DNA of 64,000 nucleotides, taken from contig OZ024742.1 of the NCBI GenBank assembly GCA_964016885.1, forward strand, positions 207,142,001-207,206,000. Reading direction: 5' to 3'. The translations under genes were made by a program, and so were the position numbers. Below are positions 37,638 to 50,300 of this stretch, piece after piece (positions within the stretch are counted from its first letter, which is position 1; each line of letters begins with the position of its first letter). This DNA is from Eledone cirrhosa. Its lineage: Eukaryota. Under the pieces are notes generated by a model. That model ran no database searches, was not told the DNA's origin, and saw nothing but the letters and a program-made list of their open reading frames with translations.

Positions 37638-39689
37638 TCCTTGAATCTCAGTCATTGATGTTGGTTAACTGGAAAGTCCGTTGGAATGAATATCAAGCCA
37701 CTACCTGCAGCCTCAGATATTCAGGACGTATCGGAGGGTTCTTGCTGTTCCAAGCAAGCATGCCTTTTGAAGCGTTCCAAAAAGCGTGAAGGGGCCGATT
37801 TTCTTTAACCATCCCTGGAAACTTTTGGAGATAGTCCCCAGTGCGCCTATGACAATCGGGATCACTTTGACTTCATGGAAGTTCCAAATCCTTTTCACCT
37901 CCCACTTTAGGTCCTGGTATCGGTTAATTTTCTCCCTCTCCTTCTCTTGCACTCTCGTGTCGAAAGGGCAGGCCACATCCACAATCAGACACAATCTTTT
38001 TTCTTTGTCCACAACCACCATGTCAGGTCTATTGTGTTCCAGTTTTTTGTCCGTCTGTATCCTAAAATCTCACAGCACCTTCACCTGATTGTTCTCCATC
38101 ACCACCTCTGGCCTATGCTCATACCATTTCTCAGAATGTGGTAAATTGTTTACTTTGCATAGGTGCCAGTGGATCACCCTGCCCATCACATCGTGTCTCC
38201 AGCCCTTATAGTGGGTCTGGGCTAGGTGTTTACACTCGGACACAATGTGAGCCACAGTCTCCTCTCTCTCTACACAGATCCTGCACAGTGGGCTAGCCTC
38301 CTCCTTGTAAATATGGTGCTTCAACCACTTCGTTTTGAGGGCCTGCTCTTGCGCAGCCATTAGCATTCCTTCTGTAGCCTTTTTGAGGTCTCCTCTTCTC
38401 AACCAGTTCCATGTCTGTGGATCTCTAAATTCAGTTTTCTCAAAGAAGGTACTATGAAGGGATTTTCCCTTAAGGCTGCTCTTCCTCCTTGATGTTATTT
38501 CCTCCTTGGACATCCCCTGGCCTACTGTCCCCTCCTTCAGAACAGTTCTGAGCATTGGCTCCTTACTATAGGTCACGTATTTGTATAGGTTGTTTTTCTC
38601 CATCTGAACACAGTCCTCTATGCTGATAAGACCTCTTCCACCCTCAGATCACCTTAGGTAGAGTCTATCGACATCACTCCTCTTGTGGAACATGTTGTAG
38701 ATAGTCAATAGCTTCCTAGTCTTCCTATCCATTTCTTTTTGTACAGTAACATTCCATCTCAGAATTCCCGCACTGTACCTAATAATAGACACAGCTCGGG
38801 AATTTACTGCGCTTATGGCATTTCTGCTGTTCAGATATGACTTCAATACGCTCCTTATTCTCCGAATGTATTCAGTTCTTAACAATTCCTTCATTTTTTT
38901 GTTCTTTATGCCATCAGCCTCCAGAACGCCCAAATACTTGTATCCTTCCTCGGAGTCAATTTCCTTTATCACCTCACCTGTTGGTATCTGGATCCCTCAA
39001 CCTACCCCTCCTCATCACAATGACTCCACATTTACTAATACCAAACTGCATACATATATCACTGCTGAAAATACGGACAGTGTCAACAAGCACATCCAAC
39101 TCCTTCTCACTTTTCCCGAAGAGCTTAAGATCGTCCATGAAGAGGAGGTGATAGATGGTAAGCTCTCCCTTTCCCAACTTGTATCCTGCTCTCACTTTTC
39201 GCAGCATAATGGTCAAGGGCATCAGGGCAAGGACAAACAACAGAGGGGACAGGCTATCTCCCTGGAAGATACCTCTCTTGATCTTCACGCTTCCCAAGGA
39301 TACTCCTGTTGATGTCAACTCTGTCTCCCAGGACCCCATACTCCTGCCCAGCAACTGTCTGATGTTATCTGCCACCCTGAAGATCTCCAGGCTTTTGGTG
39401 ATCCAAGAATGAGGCACCATGTCAAATGCCTTTATGTAGTCTATCCATCCCATGGCAAGATCAGTGTGTCTCCTCCTGCAATTCCCCATTACAATCTTAT
39501 CAATAAGTAACTGGTCCTTTGTACCACGTGACTTCTTTCGGCATCCTTTCTGTTCGTCCGGTAACAAGTTGTTTGTGTGGAGGTGATGGTAGATTTCCTC
39601 AGACACAATGCTCGTCAACAGTTTCCACATTACGGGCAGACATGTGATAGGTCTATAGTTGGTAACATCATTACCATTGATTCGGTCTT

Positions 39690-39698
<9 letters not shown>
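37638..39698 (-). mobile_element. R4/Dong-like family B copy B1, 5'-truncated and frameshifted
   Basis: Four ORF pieces 37713-39759 collinear with B2; flanked by (TAA)n. Confidence 0.92.
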
Positions 39699-39720
<22 letters not shown>

Positions 39721-39742
39721 TGTTATTATTGTTATTGTTATT

Positions 39743-42700
39743 CCTTGAATCTCAGTCATTGATGTTGGTTAACTGGAAAGTCCGTTGGATTGAATATCAA
39801 GCCACTACCTGCAGCCTCAGATATTCAGGACGTATCGGAGGGTTCTTGCTGTTCCAAGCAAGCATGCCTTTTGAAGCGTTCCAAAAAGCGTGAAGGGGCC
39901 GATTTTCTTTAACCATCCCTGGAAACCTTTGGAGATAGTCCCCAGTGCGCCTATGACAATCGGGATCACTTTGACTTCATGGCAATTCCAAATCCTTTTC
40001 ACCTCCCACTTTAGGTCCTGGTATCGGTTAATTTTCTCCCTCTCCTTCTCTTGCACTCTCGTGTCGAACGGGCAGGCCACATCCACAATCAGGCACGATC
40101 TTTTTTCTTTGTCCACAACCACCAGGTCAGGTCTATTGTGTTCCAGTTTTTTGTCCGTCTGTATCCTAAAATCCCACAGCACCTTCACCTGACTGTTCTC
40201 CATCACCGCCTCTGGCCTATGCTCATACCATTTCTCAGAATGTGGTAGATTGTTTACTTTGCACAGGTGCCAGTGGATCACCCTGCCCATCACATCGTGT
40301 CTCCAGCCCTTATAGTGGGTCTGGGCTAGGTGTTTACACTCGGACACAATGTGAGCCACAGTCTCCTCTCTCTCTCCACAGATCCTGCACAGTGGGCTAG
40401 CCTCCTCCTTGTAGATATGGTGCTTCAACCACTTCGTTTTGAGGGCCTGCTCCTGCGCAGCCATTAGCATTCCTTCTGTAGCCTTTTTGAGGTCTCCTCT
40501 TCTCAACCAGTTCCATGTCTGTGGATCTCTAAATTCAGTTTTCTCAAAGAAGGTACTATGAAGGGATTTTCCCTTAAGGCTGCTCTTCCTCCTTGATGTT
40601 ATTTCCTCCTTGGACATCCCCTGGCCTACTGTCCCCTCCTTCAGTACAGTTCTGAGCATTGGCTCCTTACTATAGGTCACGTATTTGTATAGGTTGTTTT
40701 TCTCCATCTGAACACAGTCCTCTATGCTGATAAGACCTCTTCCACCCTCAGATCTCCTGAGGTAGAGTCTATCGACATCACTCCTCTTGTGGAACATGTT
40801 GTAGATAGTCAATAGCTTCCTAGTCTTCCTATCCATTTCTTTTTGTTCAGCAACATTCCATCTCAGAATTCCCGCACTGTACCTAATAATAGACACAGCT
40901 CGGGAATTTACTGCGCTTATGGCATTTCTGCTGTTCAGATGTGACTTCAATACGCTCCTTACTCTCCGAATGTATTCAGTTCTTAACAATTCCTTCATTT
41001 TTTTGTTCTTTATGCCATCAGCCTCCAGAACGCCCAAATACTTGTATCCTTCCTCAGAGTCAATTTCCTTTATCATCTCACCTGTTGGTATCTGGATCCC
41101 GTTACTTCTGCTCAACCTACCCCTCTTCATCACAATGACTCCACATTTACCAATACCAAACTGCATACATATATCACTGCTGAAAATACGGACAGTGTCA
41201 ACAAGCACATCCAACTCCTTCTCACTTTTCCCGAAGAGCTTAAGATCGTCCATGAAGAGGAGGTGATTGATGGTAAGCTCTCCCCTTGCCAACTTGTATC
41301 CTGCTCTCACTTTTCGCAGCATAATGGTCAAGGGCATCAGGGCAAGGACAAACAACAGAGGGGACAGGCTATCTCCCTGGAAGATACCTCTCTTGATCTT
41401 CACGCTTCCCAAGGATACTCCAGTTGATGTCAACTCTGTCTCCCAGGACCCCATACTCCTGCCCAGCAACTGTCTGATGTGATCTGCCACCCTGAAGACC
41501 TCCAGGCTTTTGGTGATCCAGGAATGAGGCACCATGTCAAATGCCTTTCTGTAGTCTATCCATCCCATGGCAAGATCAGTGTGTCTCCTCCTGCAATTCC
41601 CCATTACCATCTTATCAATAAGCAACTGGTCCTTTGTACCACGTGACTTCTTTCGGCATCCTTTCTGTTCGTCCGGTAACAAGTTGTTTGTGTGGAGATG
41701 ATGGTAGATTTCCTCAGACACAATGCTCGTCAACAGTTTCCACATTACGGGCAGACATGTGATAGGTCTATAGTTGGTAACATCATTACCCTTGATTCAG
41801 TCTTTCATTATCAGAACTGTGGTACCTTTTGTCAACCACTCTGGCACCTCACCCGACACCAAGCAGTCATTGAACATGGCCGTCAGCTTCGGGTGGAGGG
41901 ATGTTAAATGTTTAATCCAATACCCCTGCACACCATCTGGGCCTGGTGATTTCCAGTTGGTTAGTTTTTTGGCTTGCCCCTTAAGAGTTTCAACTGTGAT
42001 ACTCAAATCAGTCTGTTGTTGTGCCTTCTCACCGATCTCCCTCTGTACTGTCTCAATCCACCCTGCCTGGGCATTGTGTCTAACATCCTGCTCCCATATT
42101 CCTCTCCAGAATGTTTTAGCTTGTTCCGCCCCAGGGATCAAGTCGTTGCCTCTTTCTTTCCCCTCAAGCTGTCCAAACAGCATCTTCTGGTTGTTGTCGA
42201 ACATGCGGTTCTGTTTATACTGACTGACTCTGTTCTCGTATCGCCTGATTTTGGCACTCTTTGCTACAATGCGTTGCTTCAATTCCTCTATGATAATATT
42301 TAGCTTTTTACTCCTAGTTTTGTATTTTATTTCCAGTCTATTTTTAGTGCCTATGTTTTTTAGTGTCCCATTCAGTAGTGACTCAAGCTTTCCTATGTCA
42401 TTTCTCATTTCCCCGATTTGCCCACTCAGTCGCTTCTTCCACCACGGCTCTGCTCTTTCTTGTCTGTTGTTTCCTCTCGCTTTTATACCAAGTAGTTTCC
42501 TCACCGTATTTGCTGTTGCTTTGAGGATATTGTTGCACTGGTGAAGACTCCTCGCCTCATGGTATGGGATGACTTTGTTTACCTTAGCTGTTGTTTCTTT
42601 TAACTTTTTCCTGTCTACAAATCTTAGGTTCATAGGTCTCCCACTATCATTGTTCAATTCATCTACCACTAGATTTAGGATGTCAACCGAATCTTGTCCT

Positions 42701-43615
42701 AGCCCGTCAGCATTCATCTCCTCAGTGGCCGTATCTCTGTTCCAGGTATTATTTATCTCAGTATTCAGATCATTGTCTGCTTCGGGTGGTTCCTCCGTTC
42801 TCAGGACCTCCTCACCTTCATTTCCCACCGGCTCGCTTGTCTGGCATACTACACCCGCCATCTCCAAGCCATTCTCTCTGCTCAGTTCCTCCAGTTCCAG
42901 CTCGCTTATCCACCCATTAGTTCTTATTACCCGAGCCTGCCCGGCCAATTTTTGTTCATCTAATTTAAATAAACCAATCTCGTTCCAGATGTTATGCATC
43001 CGTCTCCTGTAGCCCCTCTCCTTGGGGTTACTTTTCAGGTAGCATTGCATAACAGTTCTATTCAATTCTTTCGTCCAGTTGGTTCTGGCCCCTTTCCTTC
43101 TTCTTCTTCCTCCAACATCAGCAGTATTTGGATGACAGTCAGGTTCCTGCTGCTGAGCCAGGGGGCACCTGTTGGGTGAGAGTCTGTCACATGACGTTCT
43201 AGTCTCCATTTCACCGTTATTCGAACTGTTTATGTTCGATATTTAAACACTCTTATCGAGGATTGGCGAATGTATGTTTACATAGCCATCTGTGGATCCG
43301 CCATCCCACTTGGCCCTTGTGTGGCATTATCACCACGCTGTATACGAACACACATAAACAAACAAACACACGGGCAGAAAGGGCCCCAAAAATGAATAAG
43401 CATAAGTTTCATTTTAATGTAGTATTCGAATGTCTGACTTAGTTTTTGTTTTTTAAGTTTTACTTTTTCCCCCCTCTTCTCTGTCCGTCCGCCTGCTTCT
43501 CTCTTCATTCTTATTTTCTTTACGTTTTTGGGTTTCTTTTTTTGTTTTTGTTTTTCTCTGTTTGTTTTTCTCGTTTTTTGCTGTTGTTGCTGTGCTGCTT
43601 TGGTTTTGTTGTTTG

Positions 43616-43618
<3 letters not shown>
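39743..43618 (-). mobile_element. R4/Dong-like family B copy B2, apparently full length
   Basis: 5' UTR of ~400 bp, a single long frame 43209-39817, 3' UTR and (TAA)n tail. Confidence 0.92.
39817..43209 (-). pseudogene. ~1130-codon N-terminal/RT/RLE ORF broken by one in-frame TGA at 41797-41799
   Basis: The 470-aa and 642-aa ORFs are in frame; B1 has CGA at the same codon. Confidence 0.9.
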
Positions 43619-43693
<75 letters not shown>

Positions 43694-43695
<2 letters not shown>

Positions 43696-44956
43696 TTTGA
43701 GTCTCAGTCATTGATGTTAGTTAACTGGAAAGTTTGTTGAAATGAATATCAAGCCACTACCTGGAGCCTCAGATATTCAGGACGTATCGGAGGGTTCTTG
43801 CTGTTCCCAGCAAGCATGTCTTTTGAAGCGTTCCAAAAAGCGTGGCGGGGCCAATTTTCTTTAAACATCTCTGGAAACTTTTTGAGATAGTACCTAGTGC
43901 GCCTATGACAATCGGGACCACTTTGACTTCATGGCAGTTCCAAATCCTTTTTACCTCCCACTTTAAGTCCTGGTATCGGTTAATTTTCTCCCTCTCCTTC
44001 TCTTGCACTCTCGTGTCGAATGGGCAGGCCACATCCACAATCAGGCACGATCTTTTTTCTTTGTCCAAAACCACCAGGTCAGGTCTATTGTATTCCAGTT
44101 TCTTGTCCGTCTGTATCCTAAAATCCCACAGCAACTTCACCTGATCGTTTTCTATCACCGACTCTGGATAATGCTCATACCACTTCTCAGAATGTGGTAA
44201 ATTGTTTACTTTGCATAGGTGCCAGTGGATCACGCTGCTCATCACATCATGTCTCCAGCCCTTATAGTGAGTCTGGGTTAGGTGTTTACACTCGGATACA
44301 ATGTGAGCCACAATCTCCTCTCTCTCTCCACAGATCCTGCACAGTGGGATAGCCTTCTCCTTGTAAATATGGTGTTTTAACCACTTCGTTTTGAGGGCCT
44401 GCTCTTGCGCAGCCATTAGCATTTCTTCTGTAGCCTTTTTAAGGTCTCCTCTTTTCAACCAGTTCCATGTCTGTGGATCTCTTAATTCAGTTTTCTCAAA
44501 GAAGGTACTATGAAGGGATTTTTCATGAAGGCTGCTCTTTCTCCTTGTTGTTATTTCCTCCCTGGACATCTCCTGGTCTATTTTCCTCTCCTTCAGTACA
44601 GTTCTGAGCATTGGCTCCTTACTATCAGTCACGTATTTGTGTAGGTTGTTTTTCTCCATCTGAACACAGTCCTCTATGCTGATAATAACTCTTCCACCTT
44701 CAGATCTCCTTAAGTAGAGTCTATCGACATCACTCCTCTTGTGGAACATGTTGTAGATAGTCAATATCTTCCTAGTCTTCCTATCCATTTCTTTTTGTTC
44801 AGCAACATTCCATCTCAGAATTCCCGCACTGTACCTAATAATAGACACAGCTCAGGAATTTACTGCACTTATGGCATTCCTACTATTCAGGTGTGACTTT
44901 AATACGCTCCTTACTCTCCGAATGTATTCAGATCTTATCAATTCCTTCATTTCTTT

Positions 44957-44962
<6 letters not shown>
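43694..44962 (-). mobile_element. R4/Dong-like family B copy B3, 5'-truncated and more diverged
   Basis: ORF 43769-44848 covers thumb, CCHC and RLE; (TAA)n on both sides; absent from repeat copy 2. Confidence 0.92.
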
Positions 44963-44992
<30 letters not shown>

Positions 44993-45207
44993 GAATGCCA
45001 TGGTTGACGGAGGCTCGGCTCTGTAAGGTATAGTAATTTTTAACCGTTAAAACAATTGTAAATTGTTTAAAACTTGAACCAAATTGTTGATAAAGACACC
45101 CTCCTCCTCGTGAGAGGGGTCTTTCTGTCCGTTATTTGGCCCTTCGGGGTTAAATAACCAGTTATTGGGGTTTTGTACCCAAAATTTCATTTTAAACAAA
45201 AAACAAC

Positions 45208-47298
45208 ATGGCTACGAAAAAAAAATTTCATACGTCACTCCCACTCATTCCGTCTTCTTCTTCCTCAATCATCACTACAGCAGAGAGAAGATTGTCTCTC
45301 TCCCTCCCTTCTTTAAATGTGTCTCTCTCCCTCCCTTCTCTTTCGCAAGTGACGAAAGAAAAGAAAAGTCTCGTGCAAAGCGTGCAAGGTTTCTCCACGA
45401 CGACGACGACAGCGACGAAACAGGTGTGCGGGAAATACGAAAACCCAGTTCATTCGTCTGACGTCAGGAATAATAGCAGTAGCAGCCGTAATAACAACAG
45501 CAACAGTGACAACGAAAACAACAGTAGCAGCCGCAACAGCATCACCAGCAGCATAAACAACAACAGCATTAGCAGCAGCAACACCAACAACAACCACAGC
45601 AACAGCGGCGGAGGCAGTAGTCGTAGTACCTGCAGCAACAACAAAAGTACCAGCAGCTCTGACGACAACAACAACAGCAGAGAAAAACCAATCTCATTTG
45701 CAGGTATTGCGAAAAACCTGGAAACAATCCTCATAACAAATGAGGAATTAGAGGAAGCGAAGAAGATGGTGACAAAGAACGGACACCGAGCAATCTGCAA
45801 GGCAGCGAAAAATTTTTTCGAAACCCAAGAGCACTGTACGGTCACGTACCGTACAGTAAGTACAAAATCCCGTAGGGTGGAAAGAGCCACAGAGGCCCAA
45901 ATACAAAAAGCCTTGGGGTCTGTGTGGCAGAGGAAAACGCACATCACCCGAGGCAAAAAATACGCCACCGTAGACGTACTTTTTGCCACACCCCAGGAGG
46001 CAAAGGCCCAATCAGTAGTGACCCTAAGGAGCGAGGAAATGGTGTTGGTGCCCTCCTACTGCGGGCAAAAAATTGTGAGGGTCAAACTGACCCACGTCCC
46101 CCCCGGAATGACCCCTTCTTGGCTGGCCGCGTCTGTCCTCGTCGGAATCGAGGACAAAACAACTGTACTGCAAGTACAGAAAAAAGTAAGAGAAGATTGG
46201 GTCGGCTCCTCCATTGAGATGCTAATCCAAACCAACCAGGAGTGCATCGAAGCTATCCCGGATGTGATAGACTTCGATAACGGCACTCAACTGCCCATAA
46301 GTGTTGAGGGCAAACGCCCGAAATGCTTTCGCTGTGGATCGAAGACTCACCTCAGGGCCTTCTGCAACGAGAAGACCCTGAGAAAGGAGAAAACCCCCCT
46401 CCTCCCGAATCCGGTTCCACGGCTACCAGCAACAGGACAAGCGGCAACCAGGAACGATAGGTCCGTGGCACCCATACCCACTCCACGGAAATCAAAGACA
46501 GCAGCAGCAGTGGAAATATTAACAACAACAACAGCAATACCAAATGCAGCTGCAACAGAGACTCCAGTGCAAACATCACCAACAACAACAAGTGAAAGAG
46601 TGGAGCTGGTACCCCTCCCCGACCTTACAGAATCAGACATGGAGTGTGAGGTGGGAGAGGGATGGCAAAAGGTCTCAAGAAGGCACAAACGCAGAAGCAG
46701 CGCATCGTCGCCTTTGAAAAGGGAGGAAAGAAATGAGAAAAGGGTAAAGTCTACTGCAAAGAGACCCACAGCAGCAACACCACCAACACCATCACCACCC
46801 ACACCAGCACCACCATCACCACCGGCGACAACCCCACCGCCAACAACACCTTCAACACCACAAGCACCAACATCGCAAACACAACAACAAAACACACACA
46901 CCCAGCAACAACGACAAGAAAATAGCAGAACCACACCCCACCCCCAGAAAAACAAATGCACGGCAATAAACACACACAACAAGAAACTAATGACTTACAT
47001 AATTGAACACACAGACATTTCACAACAGGACTACATAATACCAGCACCAATCAAAACGCCAACTAACATAAGACTGCTAAAAATAGCACAGAAACAATAC
47101 ACAAACATTAAAACGAAATTCCCCAACGCAGTTGGTGATTTCAGGGACCTAGGAGGAACCATTAATCGAAGAGTATATTCAGACATTCTCTTAGAAGAGC
47201 CGACGACCAGCCGAAGGGACGATTCAACGGTCCCTTCACCAGACGATCAAGTGAAAAGGGATGTAAAAACCATCCCTCCTCTACCAAAAATACGGTAA
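45208..47298 (+). CDS. Tx1-like ORF1 (gag-like nucleic-acid-binding protein)
   Basis: 696 aa; CCHC knuckle CFRCGSKTHLRAFC; SFAGIA and EGWQKVSRRHKRR motifs; Asn/Ser and Pro/Thr low-complexity tracts. Confidence 0.85.
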   Translation: MATKKKFHTSLPLIPSSSSSIITTAERRLSLSLPSLNVSLSLPSLSQVTKEKKSLVQSVQGFSTTTTTATKQVCGKYENPVHSSDVRNNSSSSRNNNSNSDNENNSSSRNSITSSINNNSISSSNTNNNHSNSGGGSSRSTCSNNKSTSSSDDNNNSREKPISFAGIAKNLETILITNEELEEAKKMVTKNGHRAICKAAKNFFETQEHCTVTYRTVSTKSRRVERATEAQIQKALGSVWQRKTHITRGKKYATVDVLFATPQEAKAQSVVTLRSEEMVLVPSYCGQKIVRVKLTHVPPGMTPSWLAASVLVGIEDKTTVLQVQKKVREDWVGSSIEMLIQTNQECIEAIPDVIDFDNGTQLPISVEGKRPKCFRCGSKTHLRAFCNEKTLRKEKTPLLPNPVPRLPATGQAATRNDRSVAPIPTPRKSKTAAAVEILTTTTAIPNAAATETPVQTSPTTTSERVELVPLPDLTESDMECEVGEGWQKVSRRHKRRSSASSPLKREERNEKRVKSTAKRPTAATPPTPSPPTPAPPSPPATTPPPTTPSTPQAPTSQTQQQNTHTQQQRQENSRTTPHPQKNKCTAINTHNKKLMTYIIEHTDISQQDYIIPAPIKTPTNIRLLKIAQKQYTNIKTKFPNAVGDFRDLGGTINRRVYSDILLEEPTTSRRDDSTVPSPDDQVKRDVKTIPPLPKIR

Positions 47299-47333
47299 GT
47301 GGTCTTTCCCATCGTTTCCACTCTATTTTAAAC

Positions 47334-50300
47334 ATGACCTCACTCAGAATAGGCAGCATAAATGCGCGTGGCTTGGGGTCGTCATGGAAGCAGGGTCACC
47401 TGCTCAACGACCTCAGGTCACTAAACATAGATGTAGTGGCCATCAGCGAGACCAGAATCTCCGAAGCACGGGCCTTCGCACCGATCTTCGGCGGCTACGA
47501 TGTGTACGCATCCCCCAGCCGTCCTGGATCCGGTGGAGGAGTTGCTGTACTTTTTCGGAGAGGTTTGGATCTCGCCATACGGGCCATCTTCCTGGACCCA
47601 GAGGGTAAGCTGGTGGTGCTGGACGTGACCAGCGGAGACGGGCAATCTTTCAGGCTAGTGGCCGTCTATGCCCCGACAGGAGCAGGGCGGCCTGATTTCT
47701 TCCGGCGTCTGGAGACCTTTCTTGGAACGTCCCGCTCTTTAGTGTTAGTGGGCGACTGGAACGGCATCTTAGATGCACGCTGGGACTGTGTGGGATTAGC
47801 GGATAGGGGTGGAGGGTGCAAAAGCCTCACCAACCTGCTCAGGCGTTTTGAACTGTCTGACAGGTACCGATTGGATTTCCCGAATGTGCCAATGTGGACT
47901 TGGACAAACCGCATAGGGTCATCCAGATCATATCTAGATAGAGTATTTTGTAGGGAAATAGATAGGTCTAGCATAGGCTGTCCACAATTCAAGATAGTCA
48001 GCTACACGGACCACAAATTCGTGACCTGTGTGCTTGACTTAGATAGGCTTCATAGACGAGGACCCGGCTACTGGAAGCTAAACGCGTCCTTACCAGCGCG
48101 CAAGGCCTACAGAGACCGGATTAGCGAACTAGTTAAGCGGGCGTTGACGGGGGCCATCGTCAACAACAAGTGGTGGTTTGCTCTGAAAAGAGCGATTAGA
48201 ATAGAATCGATTAGGTTTAGTAAGGCTTTAGCAATAGAGAAAAATAGAGCAGAGGGAGAACTAGTTAGAAAATTAGACGAGGCGCTTAGCAAAGGCATTG
48301 CGACCGACGTGCTTGCGGCGAAATTGGCCCTTGACCAATTCTTCAATGCAAAGCACGAAGGCTGCGTTGTCAGAGCTAGGGTGCGTGCTCTCAGACACGA
48401 GGGGACGAAAGCCGTTCAATGGGCCCGAGTGGCGGAGGCGCGTCGTGGCAACAAAGCCACGATCCGGTCTTTGGTGGACCACGACGGGCGCATGCTACTC
48501 GATCCCGGGCAAATGTGTGAAGCTTTTCAGCGACACTTCGCTCAGCTGTTCGGGGGCAGCGGGGGGCCGGGTAGAGGGATGGACTTTAGTGTCTACCTCG
48601 ACGGGCTGCCGCGGCTCTCGGCCACTGAGGCGAGGTGTTGCGAAAAGCCGATAACAGCCGCTGAAGTACGGGAGGCAATGACTGGCTGCACAATGGGTAA
48701 ATCGCCTGGTTTGGATGGTCTGCCCTATGAACTTTACGTACAGATGCCAGACTTGTTCGGAGGCCTCTTGGCGGACGTCTACTGCAACTGGCAACAGAAC
48801 GGGAGAATTCCCAGTTCTGTGAGCCGAGGAGCGGTGGCACTGCTGAGAAAGGATCCGAACAAGGGGGATAACATAGACAATTTCCGGCCCATAACTCTGC
48901 TAAACACAGAGTTTAAGATTTTGGCCAAGGTGCTAGCAAAGAGGTTGGCGCTTGTCGTTGGTGGTCTGGTGGGAGAGGCGCAGACATGCGCCATTCCCGA
49001 CAGATCCATCCACGACAACCTCCACCTCATGCGATACATCGTAGAGAGGGTAGCTAGGGAACCTGGCACGGGTGGGTCCTTGATCAATTTAGATCAGTCG
49101 AAAGCTTTCGATAGGGTCGACCATCGTTACCTAGCGGCAGTCCTGAGGGCGGCTGGCTTTGGGCCCGTCTTCAGAGGCTGGATCGCTGCCATGCACAGCG
49201 ACATCTGCTCTGTGGTGAGAGTGAACGGTCACCTGTCGGAACCGTTCAACATCATGCGCTCGGTCCGCCAAGGATGTCCCCTCTCGTCCCTCTTGTACGT
49301 ATTGACTCTCGAGCCATTACTGCACAAACTGGAGACGTTGAGGGGAGTCCCGCGCGAACTAGGATGCGGAAGATCCGTGTCAGCATATGCGGACGATGTC
49401 ACCGTAGTGGTGTCGAACGCCAAACACATCGAGGCGATCGGCACTACACTAAGAGAATACGAAGCGGTGACAGGAGCAATGATCAACCAGGAAAAGTCAG
49501 TGGGCCTGCAGCTCGGCACCTGGAGAGGCAGGTCCATGCCGTCCAACAGCGTCGTCGGGCGCTGGACGGACGGACCGGTTAAATTGCTAGGGGTCTGGTT
49601 CGGTCCGGACCTCCAGACGGACAAAAACTGGGACGAGGTGACGAGCAGGGTGGCTTCTCTCACCCAGAAATGGGCGGAGAGGAAGCTATCCCTGAAAGGT
49701 CGAGCGGAGGTGGCTAACGCGTACATCGCGTCTGTCATCTGCTACCGCCTAACCGTCGTACCTTGTCCTAAGCCTCGCCTGACTGCGCTGGAGCGTTTGC
49801 TCTTTCGCTTTTTGTGGAAGGGACGTGCTCCGATGGTCAGGCGGTCCATCTGTTGTCAACACCCGCTACGTGGAGGGCTGGGCATGCCGTGGCTGATGAT
49901 GCGCAGGCACGCGCTCAGGCTACGACATCTCCACCTCTTCCTCGACGGTGATCAGGTGTGGTCGCCGTTTGCTAGACGCGTTTTTCCCCAGCTCGTTTCC
50001 TTGACGGAGCTGCAGTCCTGGGTCAAGCGAAGACCGAGAGGGAGCGCCTGGAGACTGGAATGTCTTCAGGCGCTCACAGCCCTCGACCAATCGGGCAATG
50101 TGATCGGTGGAAACTCCACCTCGGCGTTCTATAGAGGATTAGTGGAGGGGAAGAGCGACGACGTACTTGGGGAAACTCTAGGCGTCGACGAAAATCAACT
50201 AGCCAATCTCTTCGGAAGAACTTTCGGGCCAGGGCCTATGGACAACTTCCAGAAATCTCTGGCCTGGCAGTGCTACCGAGGAGCCTTGCCAGTTCGGGAT

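Larger units (their letters stand above)
31266..43618. repeat. Long direct repeat, copy 1
   Basis: Every ORF recurs at +19750 with identical translation until the last ~120 bp; starts cattaattaataattattaatag. Confidence 0.95.

Noticed and set aside
41797-41799. Programmed stop-codon readthrough
   Set aside because: Sister copy B1 has CGA and the context TGA-ATC is not a typical readthrough signal.
44993-45045. Spliced-leader or snRNA-like signal (AG|GTA followed by AATTTTT) at the Tx1 5' end
   Set aside because: Motifs are too short, and I cannot match them to a known snRNA or SL RNA.
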